The position numbers were made by a program, and so were the translations under genes. Shown piece by piece: positions 61,641 through 64,000 of a DNA stretch of 64,000 bases. The DNA lies in the NCBI GenBank assembly GCA_964016885.1, contig OZ024745.1:48856001-48920000 (forward strand), in the 5' to 3' direction. The notes under the pieces were generated by a model. It searched no databases. It had not been told where the DNA came from and saw only the letters and a list, made by a program, of their open reading frames with translations. This DNA is from Eledone cirrhosa. Its lineage: Eukaryota. Positions within the stretch are counted from its first letter, which is position 1. Each line of letters starts with the position of its first letter.

Positions 61641-62276
61641 TATATATATATCATTATCCTCATCATCCTTTTTATGACCACTTTTCTATGCTTCCACAGG
61701 TTGAATGTTTTTTCCACCATAGCCTCTCTCTGCTTGTTGGTTGTGTTCCTTTGTCATTGTTTTTGTGAGGTTCAGCATTTTGAGAGCCATTCTCACCTCC
61801 TCTACCCAAGTCTTCATTTGTCTTTTATCTCTTGTCACTGTACCTTTTACCTCTTTCACCATCACCCATTTATCTGTCTTCCTATTTTTCATATCAACCA
61901 TCATTCTACATTGATAACCATTGCCCTATCACCCTTGCCACTGCTGGCCATTATCCTCTTTTCCAACCCCCATATATCTGTCCCCCTGTGTCACCCTTCT
62001 CTGCTATTCATTCCTTAATCTCTATTCCTCACTCTTCTACCAACAACCAGTATCTAGCCACATAGCTTTGTCTTCTCCACCACATTTATAGCCATATGTG
62101 TTTACCTTAGCCATCAGAACCCTCCTATCTCCATTTTTGAAACAAGACAGCCCCTCTAATATCTTCCTTTGTCACCAACCATCATCTATTCTCACCCTTG
62201 ATCTGGCTCATCTTGAAACAAGGCACCTTATGATGTTGATATGATGATGTATGAATATATGTATATGTAGCTGTGT

Positions 62277-63879
62277 CATCATCATTATCATCATTGTTTA
62301 ACGTCCATTTTCCATGCTAGCATGGTCTGGACGGGAATTGTCCCACTTGAGGCAAGATTGGTTGTCTTGCTCAGGACTGTCTGGCGGGTTTTCTACGGCT
62401 GGATGCCCTTCCTAACACCAACCACCTTTACAGTGTGGACTGGGAGGGTTTTACCGTGTTACCTACACGGCCACATTACAGCGTGGACTGTGTGTTTTTT
62501 TGTTGTGACACCTACACGACCTCATTTATTTAGGACTGGATGTTGTGGTACCAACATAGCTTTACATCGAAAGGGGTGGTGTAGATGGCGGTGGGGGTAG
62601 GGTTAGTGGGACGGGGGTGTATTTTGGTTAAGAGGTGCCTACTGACTGTAGGTTTCGCTTTGTACTTAGGCAAGGCGGGTCTTCTGTATTACTACGTAGC
62701 GCCAAAGATCTCTGTCCAGTGACATTGTCTTGGAGAGGTGTGTGAGGTCGGATTTTATCAAGTCGTCCCAGGTTTTTCTGGGTCTGCCTACTCCGTAGCT
62801 ACCATCTATTTTGATCGCCCTGCACTTTTTTATACAGCTGTTGTCTTTCATGCGCATCACATGACCATACCAATGTAGTCTTCTCTCGAGTAAACAGCAT
62901 CTGATCCTTCTTATTCCTAATTTCTCACTTAGTTCATTTATGCTTTGCCGTTCGCGTATATTACTATTACACATCCAACGGAGCATGCAAGCTTCGTTCC
63001 TCTCCAGTCTGCGTAGATCCTCTGCACACAAGGCCCATGTCTCACTGCCATGTAACATTGCTGTTCGTATGCAGGTGTCATACAGCCTGCCTTTATTTTT
63101 AGAGAGAAACCTTTAGCGGCCAAAAGTGGTATAAGCTCTCTGAACTTTTTCCATCCCGTTCTGACTCTAGCTACAGTACTTTCAGAGCACCCTCCCCCAC
63201 TGCTGATTTTGTCACCCAGGTAACAGAAGGTGTCCACTATTTCTATAGCCCCATCTGGGCAATGGAATGAGCTAGTATCCTGTGGGCACTTGCTGCTACT
63301 TATTGCACCAGAGCACCAGCCAAATATAAAATCTATATTCTTAGTTAGCTTACCTGTGATCCCACTACATCTTTTATGCACCCATACTTTGCATTTGGGA
63401 CATAAAATGGAGTTTCTGCCTACTCCTTTCCTACACACTGAGCATGGCCATTTCCCAAATGAGACCAGTGCCCTATTCTCCTTCCTACATATTAGGACTT
63501 TAGTCTTAGACAAGTTAACTTTAAGGCCTTTTGATTCTAGGCCATGCTTCCATGTTTGGAATTTCTTCTCTAGTTCAGCCATTGATTCGGCTATGAGCGT
63601 TAGATCATCTGCGTATAGAAGTTCCCATGGGCAGCCGGTCTTGAACTCCTCCGTTATAGCTTGGAGGGCGATAATAAATAGGAGGGGTCTAAGGACGGAG
63701 CCCTGATGAACACCAACTTTTACGCTAAACTCTTCACTATATTCGTTGTTAATTCTAACCTTGCTGACTGTTTCTTTATACATGGCTTGTATAGCTCTCA
63801 CAAGCCATTCATCTACACCTAGTTTTCTAAGAGCTCACCAGATAATGGAGCGGGGGACTCTGTCAAAGGCTTTCTCCAG
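62277..63879 (-). mobile_element. RTE LINE, 5'-truncated ORF2 (RT, PHD-like finger, thumb) plus 3'UTR and (GAT)n tail; inactivated
   Basis: [53 protein letters not shown]; in-frame stop near 63835 and a 1-nt frameshift near 63092. Confidence 0.94.
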
Positions 63880-64000
63880 TATGTATATAATAATCAATGT
63901 ATTCCTTCAGTCTTTCACAAGATGTATGATTTTTCTCACTTATGATATGAGAAACATTTTAAGTACTACTGTCTCTCTGAATTTGGTTTAGACTAAGTAC

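Overview
AT-rich, intron- and transposon-dense animal genomic DNA. It is most likely an octopod cephalopod, inferred from the SINE/RTE repertoire and microsatellite load. It is not prokaryotic, and most ORFs in the supplied track are spurious. Three protein-coding genes are supported: (1) the 5' part of BTAF1/Mot1 on the minus strand (16 coding exons, 29078->2037, ~684 codons, continuing off the left edge); (2) a complete RPL28 on the plus strand with a TCT/TOP initiator and non-coding first exon (CDS 39930-43842, 134 aa), divergent from BTAF1; (3) an intronless RNF26-type membrane RING E3 ligase (46778-48001). The rest is mobile DNA: CR1/L2 and RTE LINE fragments, tRNA-derived SINEs, Helitrons and RepHel relics, a Ty3/Gypsy integrase relic, hAT and TTAA MITEs, and several long palindromes. 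Highlights: a Penelope-like inverted repeat carrying two hammerhead-like folds (59.8-60.3 kb), an RTE reverse transcriptase with an embedded PHD finger, reciprocal Helitron/RTE chimeras, a duplicated splice acceptor that could create a truncating BTAF1 exon, and several long dsRNA-forming structures in BTAF1 introns. Everything was read by eye; no database searches were run.
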